Below are positions 36,464-45,376 of a DNA stretch of 64,000 bases, piece by piece. The stretch's first letter is position 1, and each line of letters starts with the position of its first letter. The notes under the pieces are model-generated. The model worked only from the letters and a program-made list of their open reading frames with translations. It made no database searches and was not told the origin of the DNA. The DNA comes from Chloroflexota bacterium (GTDB lineage: Bacteria > Chloroflexota > UBA11872). A program made the position numbers and the translations under genes. Where the stretch lies: the NCBI GenBank assembly GCA_022821645.1, contig JAJEDE010000022.1:74794-138793 (forward strand). The letters run 5' to 3'.

Positions 36464-36485
36464 GATCGCCTTGCCGATAATTCCC
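36459..36485. repeat. right terminal inverted repeat (IRR)
   Basis: TCTAGGATCGCCTTGCCGATAATTCCC is the reverse complement of IRL apart from 3 mismatches. Confidence 0.85.
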
Positions 36486-36493
36486 CTTTTTTT
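36486..36493. repeat. target-site duplication, right copy (CTTTTTTT)
   Basis: Identical to 34156..34163. Confidence 0.85.
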
Positions 36494-37136
36494 CAGCTCG
36501 GGCTACCTGCTGAACGCGCTGGTAGAAGAGAAGGAAAACCGGGTGATGGAGGTGTTGCTGTCGTCGGTCAAGCCCGACGCGCTACTGCTGGGCAAGTTCT
36601 TCGGCTTGGGCGCCGCGGGGCTTATACAGATGGCGGCGTGGTTGGCATCCATGGGCGTGGGGGTGCTGGTGATCGGGCTGATCGTGGACATTCCCGCCGA
36701 CCTGCTGGTGGTTCCTTCGGTAGGCGACCTTGCCGTGGCGGCGGCGTATTTCCTGCTGGGCTACTCGCTGTTTGCGTCGCTGATGGCCGCAGTGGGAGCG
36801 GTTTCGACCTCGCTGCGGGAGGCAAACCAGATATCGGCCATCGTCATCATTCCGGCCTTCATCCCAGTCTGGCTGAACTTCATCCTGTTCTCGGAGCCCG
36901 AAGGCACGGTGGCGCGAGTGCTGACGTACATCCCGTTCACGGCGCCGGTTACCGGACTGATTCGCCTCGCAATCGACGCGATGGGGCCATTGGAGACGTT
37001 GGGCGCGCTACTGGTGCTTGCGCTGTGCGCCGCCGGTGCGCTGCTGCTGGCCATGCGGCTGTTCCGGGCTTACCTGCTGATGTATGGCAAGCGGCCGACG
37101 CTGAAGGACATGGCGCGGAGCGTGGTGTCGGGATAG
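36486..37136 (+). pseudogene. NatB-like ABC-2 permease, 3' fragment
   Basis: (LF)FSSGYLLNALVEEKENRVMEVLLSSVKPDALLLGKFFG... is the conserved ABC-2 core followed by five hydrophobic helices. It is in frame with the 5' fragment once 34164..36493 is removed. The track ORF 36450..37136 starts at a GTG inside the IS. Confidence 0.85.
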
Positions 37137-37199
37137 CCGACGCCGGTCCAGCGAGGATCAGGGGCTTCGAGCGAAACAGGTCGCCGCGGACGTTTTGGG

Positions 37200-37487
37200 C
37201 TATGGCGCGGCCGTTCCCTGGTCGATCGCCTCGAGGCGTTCCAGGATCCACATGCGCGCCAGGGTCGTGGGGCCGATGCCCTTCCTCTGGGCTGTCGCCC
37301 GCAGGGTCTCAAGGGTCTCGGGCGTAAAGCGCACGGTGATGCCCTGGGAGAGGTTCCTGGCAAAGCGGACGTTGACCGGCTCGAACTCGTCCTCGAAGTC
37401 GGTCGTGTCATGGGTGTCCCAGAACCTGGCCTCTTCTTCGCGGCTGTTGAACGTCGGAATCCGAGGCTTCTTTCTTGTCTCACTCAC
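37200..37487 (-). CDS. brnA: BrnA-type antitoxin (CopG/RHH-like C-terminus)
   Basis: FNSREEEARFWDTHDTTDFEDEFEPV...ITVRFTPETLETLRATAQRKGIGPTTLARMWILERL matches the BrnA pattern. There is a 4-nt overlap with brnT. Confidence 0.75.
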   Translation of the reverse strand: MSETRKKPRIPTFNSREEEARFWDTHDTTDFEDEFEPVNVRFARNLSQGITVRFTPETLETLRATAQRKGIGPTTLARMWILERLEAIDQGTAAP

Positions 37488-37768
37488 TCCTTCACTCCCC
37501 TCTGCGAATCCCGGTACGTCCGCCGCTCACGAAGGCTGGCCGGCCGCGCCGTTACCGGGTAGTAGACCTCAACCTGCACCGGAGCCAAGATCACCGTCAG
37601 TATCCGCCCTGTCGCCGTCTGGCCGATCACACGAAGGCGGCCCCGGCAGGTACGGCTCGCATGGGTAAGTCCCTGGCACGTCTCTTCGACTTCGTTGGGT
37701 GTGACCTTGTGTCGCGCGATGTGGGCTACGTTCCACGTGTCCCAGACGAGTTCCCGTACAAACACCAT
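37484..37768 (-). CDS. brnT: BrnT-type toxin (DUF497 ribonuclease family)
   Basis: LVWDTWNVAHIARHKVTPNEVEE...GRLRVIGQTATGRILTVIL...YPVTARPASLRERRTY matches the DUF497 pattern (WD..N..H...H.V...E.EE...R....G....GR.L.V......TAR.A...ER..Y). The toxin-first order is as described for BrnTA. Confidence 0.75.
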   Translation of the reverse strand: MVFVRELVWDTWNVAHIARHKVTPNEVEETCQGLTHASRTCRGRLRVIGQTATGRILTVILAPVQVEVYYPVTARPASLRERRTYRDSQRGVKE

Positions 37769-37774
37769 AGAACA

Positions 37775-37795
37775 TTGTAACCGTTTGCGTTACAA
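37775..37795. promoter_or_regulatory. inverted repeat TTGTAAC-N7-GTTACAA immediately upstream of brnT (candidate TA operator)
   Basis: This is a perfect 7-bp-arm palindrome, beginning 7 bp upstream of the brnT ATG (37768), in comparatively AT-rich DNA. Confidence 0.45.
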
Positions 37796-37934
37796 AGCAA
37801 TTGCTCCGGCATCAGATGCTCAGGGTGTCCCTTGCTCAGCTCAAGGCCGTTTTGCTGACAGCCTGGGGCGCGGGATTCGGGTTGGGGCTAAGCTGCGGAT
37901 GGCACCTTGACGGCCGGCTGCGGAGAACTGACGC

Positions 37935-39773
37935 ATGACGATTACGACGTTTCTGGGTGATCGCAGCGTGGGGATGCGGACGGGGTTTACGACGCGGCCG
38001 GTGGTGATGGGGACGCGGGGGGTGGTGACCTCGGGGCATTACCTGGCGACGGCGGCCGGGTTCCGGATGATGGAGCAGGGCGGCAACGCCATCGACGCCG
38101 CGGCGGCGATGTGCTTCTGCCTGAACCTGCTGGAGCCGCAGAGCAACGGGCTGGCGGGCGAGGTGCCGACGCTGATCTACTCGGCCAGGGAACGCAAAGC
38201 CTACGAGTTGAGCGGCATGGGCTGGTCGGCCCAGGCATTCACGATCGACTGGTGTCGAGAGCATGGAATCGACCTGGTGCCCGGCGACGGGTATCTGCCG
38301 GCCTGCGTGCCCGCCGTGGTGGGCACCTGGGCGGCGGCGCTGGCGCGCTTTGGGACCATGAGTTTCAGCGAGGTCGTGCAGCCGGCCATCGAGTTGGCCG
38401 AGAACGGCTACCCCGTCTACGACAGCCTGCACAACAGCCTGGCCAGCAACGTGGACAAGTTCACCGAGGTGTATCCGAGCACCGGCGAGGTGTATTTGCC
38501 GGGCGGGAAGGCGCCTGCGGTAGGTGAGCTTCATCGAAACCCCGACTGGGCCGAGACGCTGCGTGTCCTGTGCCGAGCGGAAAAAGCGGCCGCCGGACGG
38601 GGACGCATCGCCGGCATCGAGGCCGCGCGCGATGCGTTCTACAAGGGCGAGATCGTCGAGCGAATCCTGGACTTCATCAGCACGCCGCTCGAAGACGCGA
38701 GCAGTTCCGCTCACGCGGGGCTGTTGAGCTACGAGGACTTCGCGGAGTGGGAAGCAGAGTTCAATGAGCCGCCGAGCGTCAACTACCACGGCCTGGACGT
38801 GCATAAATGCTCCAGTTGGACGCAGGGGCCGGTGTTCCTGCAGCAGTTGACGCTGCTTGAGGGGTTCGACCTGGCGGCGATGGGCCACAACTCGGCGGAC
38901 TACCTGCACACGCTGATCGAGTGCGCCAAGCTGGCCTTTGCCGACCGTGAGGCGCACTACGGCGACCCGAAGTTTGACGACGTGCCGTTCGACCGGCTGC
39001 TCTCGACGACCTACGCGGAAGAGCGCCGGACGTTAGTCGGTGAGCAAGCGTCGTTGGAGATGCGGCCGGGGGACGTGGGCGGCGGCTTTCCGGCCTATGC
39101 CACCGTAGACGTGGCCGAGGACAACCGGCGGGCGTTGCAGGTGGCGGCCCGTGAGGTGCGGGACCTGGGGCTGGGGCACGCGCACGTGGGCGACACGACG
39201 CACCTGGACGCGGTAGATCACGAGGGCAACATGGTGGCAGCCACGCCCAGCGGCGGCTGGCTGGGTACCTCGCCGGTGATCCGCGGGCTGGGCTTTCCAC
39301 TGGGCACGCGCGGGCAGATGTTCTACCTGAATCCGGCGCGGCCCAACGCGCTGGCGCCGCGCAAGCGGCCGCGGGCCACGCTGACGCCGTCGCTGGTGAC
39401 GCGGAACGGCGAGCCGCTCATGGTGTTCGGCACGCCGGGCGGGGACGGGCAGGACCAGTGGACGCTGCAGTTCTTCCTGAACCACGTGCACTTCGGCATG
39501 AACCTGCAGGAAGCGCTGGACGCGCCGACGGTGCACTCGGTGCATTTCCCGTCGTCGTTCTATCCGCGCGAGGCGTATCCGGGGCGGCTGGTAGCCGAAG
39601 GACGGATCGACCGAGCAGTTCTGGCGGAACTCGAACAGCGCGGTCACGAAGTGGAAATCACAACCGATTGGTCGAACGGCAAGCCAATGGGCATCCGGTA
39701 CGGCGGGCCGGACGGCGTAATCTCGGGCGCCGTTTCACCGAAGGGAATCATTGGGCACGCGCTGGGGTGGTGA
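37935..39773 (+). CDS. ggt: gamma-glutamyltransferase family protein
   Basis: VVTSGHYLATAAG...GGNAIDAAAA is present. The autoprocessing/nucleophile site is VGDTTHLDAVDHEGNMVAATPSGG, followed by FGTPGGDGQ. Confidence 0.85.
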   Translation: MTITTFLGDRSVGMRTGFTTRPVVMGTRGVVTSGHYLATAAGFRMMEQGGNAIDAAAAMCFCLNLLEPQSNGLAGEVPTLIYSARERKAYELSGMGWSAQAFTIDWCREHGIDLVPGDGYLPACVPAVVGTWAAALARFGTMSFSEVVQPAIELAENGYPVYDSLHNSLASNVDKFTEVYPSTGEVYLPGGKAPAVGELHRNPDWAETLRVLCRAEKAAAGRGRIAGIEAARDAFYKGEIVERILDFISTPLEDASSSAHAGLLSYEDFAEWEAEFNEPPSVNYHGLDVHKCSSWTQGPVFLQQLTLLEGFDLAAMGHNSADYLHTLIECAKLAFADREAHYGDPKFDDVPFDRLLSTTYAEERRTLVGEQASLEMRPGDVGGGFPAYATVDVAEDNRRALQVAAREVRDLGLGHAHVGDTTHLDAVDHEGNMVAATPSGGWLGTSPVIRGLGFPLGTRGQMFYLNPARPNALAPRKRPRATLTPSLVTRNGEPLMVFGTPGGDGQDQWTLQFFLNHVHFGMNLQEALDAPTVHSVHFPSSFYPREAYPGRLVAEGRIDRAVLAELEQRGHEVEITTDWSNGKPMGIRYGGPDGVISGAVSPKGIIGHALGW

Positions 39774-39925
39774 GGCCACATCAGGTTGAAGCCCGCGTCC
39801 GTCGATCAGCAGCGAACGATTGATTTGCACAGGATCTGCATACGGACTGCACGTCCGCTCGACAGGTGACTGCCAAGCTCCGAAAATAGATTTAATCCGG
39901 CACGTGTTGGGAGGCCGACCGGGGT

Positions 39926-40672
39926 ATGAGCGGAGCCATGGTGGCAGAGGCGACAGCAGAAGCTGTCGTTGATGTCACGTATCCCGACGCCGGACATCAA
40001 CCGCAGCAGCGGCCAGGTCTGAAACTCCGCCCAGCGAAGCCCAGCGACAGGCAATCCGCCGGTCACCTGTTGCGCGAGGCATTGACGCCTGAACTGGCGG
40101 ACGCCGTATTCGGTCTCGGCGTCAAGGGCGGCGCCACCGGCTACCTGGAGCGGCTCTTTGGTCGCGCCGGCACGCTGTGGAGCCATGACCTGGCGACATT
40201 GGCCGAGATTGACGGGCAGGTCGTCGGGCTCGTATCGCACGCGCCCTGGACGGAGTTGGCCCGACGCTACCGGGCAACGCTCTGGGCTTATCTGCGTGCG
40301 TACGGACCCCTACGAGTCTTCAAGCTGCTGCCGCGGTTACGCGCCCTGATTCGAGCGAGCCCGCCGGTACCGCCAGACCACTGGTTCGTTCCGTACCTGG
40401 CGGTGTCCCGTGAGCACCGGGGCAACGGCGTAGCCAAGGCCTTGCTCGCCAGCGTGCATCGGCGCGCGGACCGCAACACCTCGGCCTGCAGTCTCTATGT
40501 GCTGGCTGAGAATCGGGCCGCTCGCGAGTTCTATCGGCAAGCCGGCTATGTGGATGGCCCGTGGGAAGAATCCACCCGGCTCCGACGCCTGGCGGGCACG
40601 CGGGGACGTATGCGCATGGACCGGCGGATTGCTGGCGTATCCGGCAGTCCGACCGATTCCTCGGCGGCGTAA
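39926..40672 (+). CDS. GNAT-family N-acetyltransferase
   Basis: The acetyl-CoA binding motif region is YLAVSREHRGNGVAKALL, followed by the C-terminal ENRAAREFYRQAGY. Confidence 0.75.
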   Translation: MSGAMVAEATAEAVVDVTYPDAGHQPQQRPGLKLRPAKPSDRQSAGHLLREALTPELADAVFGLGVKGGATGYLERLFGRAGTLWSHDLATLAEIDGQVVGLVSHAPWTELARRYRATLWAYLRAYGPLRVFKLLPRLRALIRASPPVPPDHWFVPYLAVSREHRGNGVAKALLASVHRRADRNTSACSLYVLAENRAAREFYRQAGYVDGPWEESTRLRRLAGTRGRMRMDRRIAGVSGSPTDSSAA

Positions 40673-40817
40673 CCGCCAACAGCCGGTTCGCGCGCTAACT
40701 GGACCGAAGGCCTCGAATCGCCCGCCACATCTCGCCTTCGACTGGCACGTTGATTGCGACGAGTTCAAGCTCGCGCCGAGGCTTGGATTCGTCGTAGCGC
40801 CGGATAGTCGTCGCGCT

Positions 40818-42026
40818 CTACCACTGGCCGGATTCTTCGGCGTACACATGGTCAGGCATCTTGTAGCTGATGCCGGCCTCGTCGAATACGGAAACCTCAA
40901 GCAATGACGTGAGATTCGTGTAGTTGGCTTGTCGCATGTGTTTCTGAAAGAGCCGACCCAAGGTGCGCTCGATCCGGCCCTGCATGCGGAACCAGGGCAG
41001 CACGCCGACCGTTGGGCTGCGCGGATACTTCAGCTTGTTGGCGAGTTCCTTGCCGATGAGCGCACGGGAAACCCGATATACGTACTTGGCCAGGTGGCGG
41101 CGCTCCTCAGGGTCGGTCAGGCCGATCAGCAGCGGGGCGGAGTTAATCAGTGAGTTCGCCATGGCGATCGACTCAAAGTCAGGCTCCGGCTCGCACATGC
41201 CGCCGATCTTGAAGATATGCAGCGCCTCCGCTTCATCGCGATACAGGATCGACTCGGGGATCCCCATCAGATAGCCGCCGTAGCGCCACACCTGCATGAA
41301 GCTCGCGCGCTCTTCGTCGTCGTAAACGGCGCCGAGGCTCTTCATGTGCTTCAGCAGACGTGCGGAGAACGCGGTGATGGCAAAGCCGAGATGCGCGGAA
41401 CTGACGGGCGTGCCGAGTTCGTCAAAGTCCCAGTCGCCCGAGTTGGCAATCAGGCGCCGAACCTGGGCGTGGACCATGCGAACCCTGACCGATAGCTTCC
41501 AACCGTCGCCGCCCCGATCCATGCCGCCGGGAACGAACATCTCGAGCATGTGTCGGTTGTTTTGCTTCAGGCGCCGCACGCCCTGTTCGCGCAACCGACC
41601 GGTCGTAAAGAACGACTTGCTGATATTGGTCGAGAACCCTTCGACCAGCGTCCCTCCGACAAACGCCCCAAGGATGATCCTGGAATTCCGATGAAACATG
41701 CGCATCCCGGGGATGAGCGCCGCTTCGTCGACCCAGTCGGGAGGGGTCTTCAATTCCTCGAAGAAATCCCGGACTTCGCGCGGCGCTTCCTTGAGGGCCC
41801 TCTCGTCGTCCAGGTCGTCCATTACCCTCTGAATGATCCGCCAGGAATCGCGAGGCCCGATTTCTTCAAGGACCGCCATCATCGCGTCGGCCACCGGGTC
41901 GCCGACGCGCGCGTGGGCTACGTAATTCGAGGCTGTTTTCGGATCGAGAGCACGAGCCCTGGCGTAGCCAGCGCGGTAACAGGTCGGCAGGTCCAGCCCG
42001 TCGGCCCGCGACGGCTCAGGCTCCAT
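40818..42026 (-). CDS. DUF2236 / MpaB-like oxygenase family protein
   Basis: The length and pattern (...GMRMFHRNSRIILGAFVGGTLVEGFST...VRVRMVHAQVRRL...) resemble the MpaB/rubber-oxygenase-like family. This call is less certain than the others. Confidence 0.5.
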   Translation of the reverse strand: MEPEPSRADGLDLPTCYRAGYARARALDPKTASNYVAHARVGDPVADAMMAVLEEIGPRDSWRIIQRVMDDLDDERALKEAPREVRDFFEELKTPPDWVDEAALIPGMRMFHRNSRIILGAFVGGTLVEGFSTNISKSFFTTGRLREQGVRRLKQNNRHMLEMFVPGGMDRGGDGWKLSVRVRMVHAQVRRLIANSGDWDFDELGTPVSSAHLGFAITAFSARLLKHMKSLGAVYDDEERASFMQVWRYGGYLMGIPESILYRDEAEALHIFKIGGMCEPEPDFESIAMANSLINSAPLLIGLTDPEERRHLAKYVYRVSRALIGKELANKLKYPRSPTVGVLPWFRMQGRIERTLGRLFQKHMRQANYTNLTSLLEVSVFDEAGISYKMPDHVYAEESGQW

Positions 42027-42035
42027 TCTGCGAAC

Positions 42036-44222
42036 CTATTCGTCCTCCGCGGGCTCGACACGCACGTCGGGAAGCCAGCTGAGGAACGACGGTAAATACC
42101 AGTTGCGCTTGCCCAGAACCTCCATGCTGGCCGGAACCAGGACGGATCGAACGAGCGTTGCGTCGAGGAATACGGCCACGGCGAGCCCGAATCCAACCTG
42201 CTGGTTGATGATGGTCTCGCCGAGAGCAAAGCCGCCAAAGACGGCGACCATTATCAGGGCCGCCCCGGTGATGATCCCGGCCGTCGAGCGCAGCCCGTAG
42301 GCCACGGCCTCGGCGTTGTCTCCCGTGTGGTCGTAACGTTCCCGGATGCGGCTCAGCAGGAACACGTGGTAGTCCATCGAGAGTCCGAACAAGATGGAAA
42401 ACAGGAAGAGCGGGATCCAGGCATCCACGACCTCCGCGTGGCGGAATCCCAGCAAGTCCGTCGCCACCCCCCTCTGGAAAACGAGGACCAGCAAACCGTA
42501 GGAAGCGCCCACGGAAAGCAGGTTCATGATGACGGCCTTGATGGGGATGACGATGGATCTGAAGACCAACATCAGGACGATGAAGCTAAAGCCGAGCACG
42601 AACAGGAAAACGAACGGCGTGTAGATCTCGACTATCTCGAACACGTCAGCCGTTATGGCCGTCACACCGCCAACCAGGACATTCGCGGAGACGCCTTCAA
42701 ATGCCGCGGGGATGTACTCATCGCGAAGGGTCACGACCGTGTCCACCGCGGCCTGGCTGCTGGGCTCCCCTCCGATCACCAGTGTCAGAAGTGCCAGGTC
42801 TCCCGCGTCGTTGACGGTGGGCACCGGAGGAAAGGGAAACCTGGGGTCGTTGCTGAGCGAGGCCTGCAGGCGTTGCACTGCACCCTGGACCTCGGGACTG
42901 TTGACATTGCCGTCAACCACAACCTCGACGGGATTGACGATGCCGAAGGAGAAGTTCTCTTCCAGGACGAAGAAGGCGTCGCGTGACTGCGAGCCCTCGG
43001 GGAAGGCATCGACACCGCTGAGGCCGGTCTTGATGTCGAAGTAGAAGATCGTCGCCACGATCATGGGAATGGCGATGGCGAGAATGCTGATGACCGGGTA
43101 GCGCATCACTTTCTGCGTGATGAACTCCCAGAACCCTTTCTTGGAGTGGTCGGGGCTGGTCACTTTGAACCGGCCGAGCAGCGGCACGGGCAGCAGATTG
43201 ACTTTGGGTCCAAGGAGCGCCAGCACGGCGGGGAGCAGCGTCAGCGTGGCCGCCAACGCCACGGCCACCACCAGGATGGCGCCGATGGCCAGCGACTGGA
43301 AGAACGGGAACGGAACGATCAGCATTCCGCAGATGGCGATGATCACGGTCACGCCGCTGAAAAGGACCGTGCGGCCGGCGGTCGATCCCGCGCGTTCGGT
43401 CGCCTCGAACTTGCCGAGGCCGCGCTCCATCTCCTCGCGAAAGCGGGAGATGATGAGCAGCGAATAGTCAATGCCGACGGCCAGGCCAATCATCGTGACC
43501 ATCAGCGTCACGAAGAACACCAACTGAAAGGCCTGGCCAATAACGGCAACGATGCCCAGCGCAACGACGATGGCGACAATGGCTAATCCGACTGGGGCCA
43601 GGGCGGCGACCACGGTGCCGAAGAGCGCCAGCAGGATGAGCAAGGCCACCGGGATCCCGATGCGCTCGCCTTGCTCCAGGTCGTGCAACGCCAACTCGTT
43701 CTGCTCAACGGAAATGCTGGCGGTGCCGCTGGTGAGGACGCGGAATCCATCCGTTCCGTCCGCCGCTTTGACAATGTCCAGGATGTGTTCGGCGTGCCCT
43801 TCGGCCTCGTTGAGGTCGCCCACGAGCCTGAAGGGCATGACCGTGGTCTTGCGGTCCGGGGACACTTGCCGATCGTCACCGGTGAGGTAGTAGTTCAAAC
43901 CGGCGGACACCGCGTCCGGACCGAGGGCAACGACCTGTGCAAATACAGCTTCGACTTTGGCCTTGAACGCGGGATCGTCGACGGTCAGGTTTTCCGACTG
44001 AACGATGACGATCTCCGTTATCGGTTCAGGGCCACGGAGTCTGTCTTCCAGCAACTGCGCGGCTTGCTGCGATCTGGCACCGGATCCCAGCCGCAATTCA
44101 GTTGTCGTGGCGCTGTCGAGCAACGCCTGGCTGAGGCCGGCCGCAACAACCGCGACCACGAGCCAGATCGCCATCGTGACGAGCGGCCGCCGGGCGCTTA
44201 TGCGGGCCAGATATCCAGTCAA
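42036..44222 (-). CDS. MMPL-family (RND superfamily) membrane transporter
   Basis: It has a 728-aa two-fold repeat architecture: a TM helix plus a periplasmic domain plus five TM helices, twice. LGLAVGIDYSLLIISRFREE and FGLSMDYHVFLLSRIRE are MMPL hallmarks. TTG start with GGAGGG upstream. Confidence 0.85.
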   Translation of the reverse strand: MTGYLARISARRPLVTMAIWLVVAVVAAGLSQALLDSATTTELRLGSGARSQQAAQLLEDRLRGPEPITEIVIVQSENLTVDDPAFKAKVEAVFAQVVALGPDAVSAGLNYYLTGDDRQVSPDRKTTVMPFRLVGDLNEAEGHAEHILDIVKAADGTDGFRVLTSGTASISVEQNELALHDLEQGERIGIPVALLILLALFGTVVAALAPVGLAIVAIVVALGIVAVIGQAFQLVFFVTLMVTMIGLAVGIDYSLLIISRFREEMERGLGKFEATERAGSTAGRTVLFSGVTVIIAICGMLIVPFPFFQSLAIGAILVVAVALAATLTLLPAVLALLGPKVNLLPVPLLGRFKVTSPDHSKKGFWEFITQKVMRYPVISILAIAIPMIVATIFYFDIKTGLSGVDAFPEGSQSRDAFFVLEENFSFGIVNPVEVVVDGNVNSPEVQGAVQRLQASLSNDPRFPFPPVPTVNDAGDLALLTLVIGGEPSSQAAVDTVVTLRDEYIPAAFEGVSANVLVGGVTAITADVFEIVEIYTPFVFLFVLGFSFIVLMLVFRSIVIPIKAVIMNLLSVGASYGLLVLVFQRGVATDLLGFRHAEVVDAWIPLFLFSILFGLSMDYHVFLLSRIRERYDHTGDNAEAVAYGLRSTAGIITGAALIMVAVFGGFALGETIINQQVGFGLAVAVFLDATLVRSVLVPASMEVLGKRNWYLPSFLSWLPDVRVEPAEDE

Positions 44223-44556
44223 GGATTAATTCCCTCCATGCAGCAACCCGTGATGAAAAGCCTGTTGGGGGTTCGGTATCGCTCGACGGACTTCAACGGT
44301 TGCCAATCCGCCTGAGCGGCACGACCGGAGGAGGCTGCGTCCACGTTGACCCTCATCCGCCCGGGTTGGAGAGGAGACTGGCGGCAATATACAGCCCCAA
44401 GAACCATAGTTCACGATACGGCAGGTAGCCCTCGGAACCTCAGACATCGTAAGTACCTGACCGAAACGACCAACGTGTGAGGTTATCAGCGCGCAAGCGC
44501 CGCTACGGATTCCGCCGGGAATCTCCGGACCGCCGACAGCTGCCAGACGCCAATCA

Positions 44557-45354
44557 CTAGGTATAGAGCCCGATGACGCCGCGGCGCGCGGCCGCGCGAT
44601 CGGCTCGGCGGAACATGACGATGCCGCCAAGCACCGCAAGAATCGCGCTGCCCCCAGCGACGGCAAGGTCGACGGCCAGCGGCGCGATGGTTGGCGTGCC
44701 GAGAATCAGGTGCCGCAGGGCGTCGAGCACATACGTGTGCGGAAACGCGTAGCTCAGCCAGCGGACGGACCACGGCAGGATGGTGATGGGGAATACCGTG
44801 CCGGCCAGCGCCAGGAGGAGACCGCTCACAATTGCGTCGGCGGCCCACGAGCGCGTGGCCAGGAACACGCTGCCGAACACGAGGCCGAGGCCCCAGAACG
44901 TTGCAAGACCAAGAAGCAACGGAACGACGGCTAGCGCGGAGACAGGCTGCGTGGACGGACCAAAAAACAGCAGTGCCAAAACAATGATGATGGCGCCCTC
45001 GACCACCGCATCCGCCAGCGCCGCCAGAGACGCACCCAAGCAGAGGGCCCAGCGTGGGGCGGGCGTCGACCACAGGGCCGGCAGGATTCCGACGCGGTTT
45101 GAATTCGAGAGATAGTAGATGGTGGCCGCCATGGGCCGGGTGGCCGCGTTGATGACCACGAGCCCAACAGCGGCGAAGGTGACGAAGTCGCGGCCACCGC
45201 CGCTGGCCGCGAACCCCTCGGCACCGTAGGCCCGGCTCATCAAGAAAATAGGCGCAAGGAACAGGAACGTTGTAACCATGCGAGCAGCCCACACGATCCG
45301 AAAGCGGTTGTGCTCGCGCCACATCTGGATGAACGCGGCCAAAACCACCGAACC
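44557..45354 (-). CDS. ABC-2 type transporter permease (second permease of exporter)
   Basis: It has six hydrophobic helices and lies in ABC-2 context. The start is uncertain (GTG 45354/45345 or ATG 45324). The track's 326-aa form overlaps the upstream gene and is over-extended. Confidence 0.7.
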   Translation of the reverse strand, partial: GSVVLAAFIQMWREHNRFRIVWAARMVTTFLFLAPIFLMSRAYGAEGFAASGGGRDFVTFAAVGLVVINAATRPMAATIYYLSNSNRVGILPALWSTPAPRWALCLGASLAALADAVVEGAIIIVLALLFFGPSTQPVSALAVVPLLLGLATFWGLGLVFGSVFLATRSWAADAIVSGLLLALAGTVFPITILPWSVRWLSYAFPHTYVLDALRHLILGTPTIAPLAVDLAVAGGSAILAVLGGIVMFRRADRAAARRGVIGLYT

Positions 45355-45376
45355 CACACGACCAGCCCGCTGAACC

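Larger units (their letters stand above)
34164..36485 (+). mobile_element. IS1595-family insertion element (2,322 bp) carrying two passenger genes (Dam-type methyltransferase, small PD-(D/E)XK-like nuclease)
   Basis: It has 27-bp terminal inverted repeats (24/27 match), a perfect 8-bp direct repeat flanking both ends and an ISXO2/IS1595-like transposase inside. Precise removal restores an in-frame ABC-2 permease gene. Confidence 0.85.

Noticed and set aside
37836-38957. 373-aa minus-strand ORF
   Set aside because: It is antisense to the gamma-glutamyltransferase gene, is R/H/P-rich and has no motifs.
44223-44556. 62-aa ORF 44219..44407 (-) and possible structured RNA in the 334-bp gap upstream of the MMPL gene
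   Set aside because: The ORF overlaps the MMPL start region, and its composition is unconvincing. I found only weak, bulged stems and no recognisable riboswitch motif. The gap is kept only as a note under the MMPL finding.
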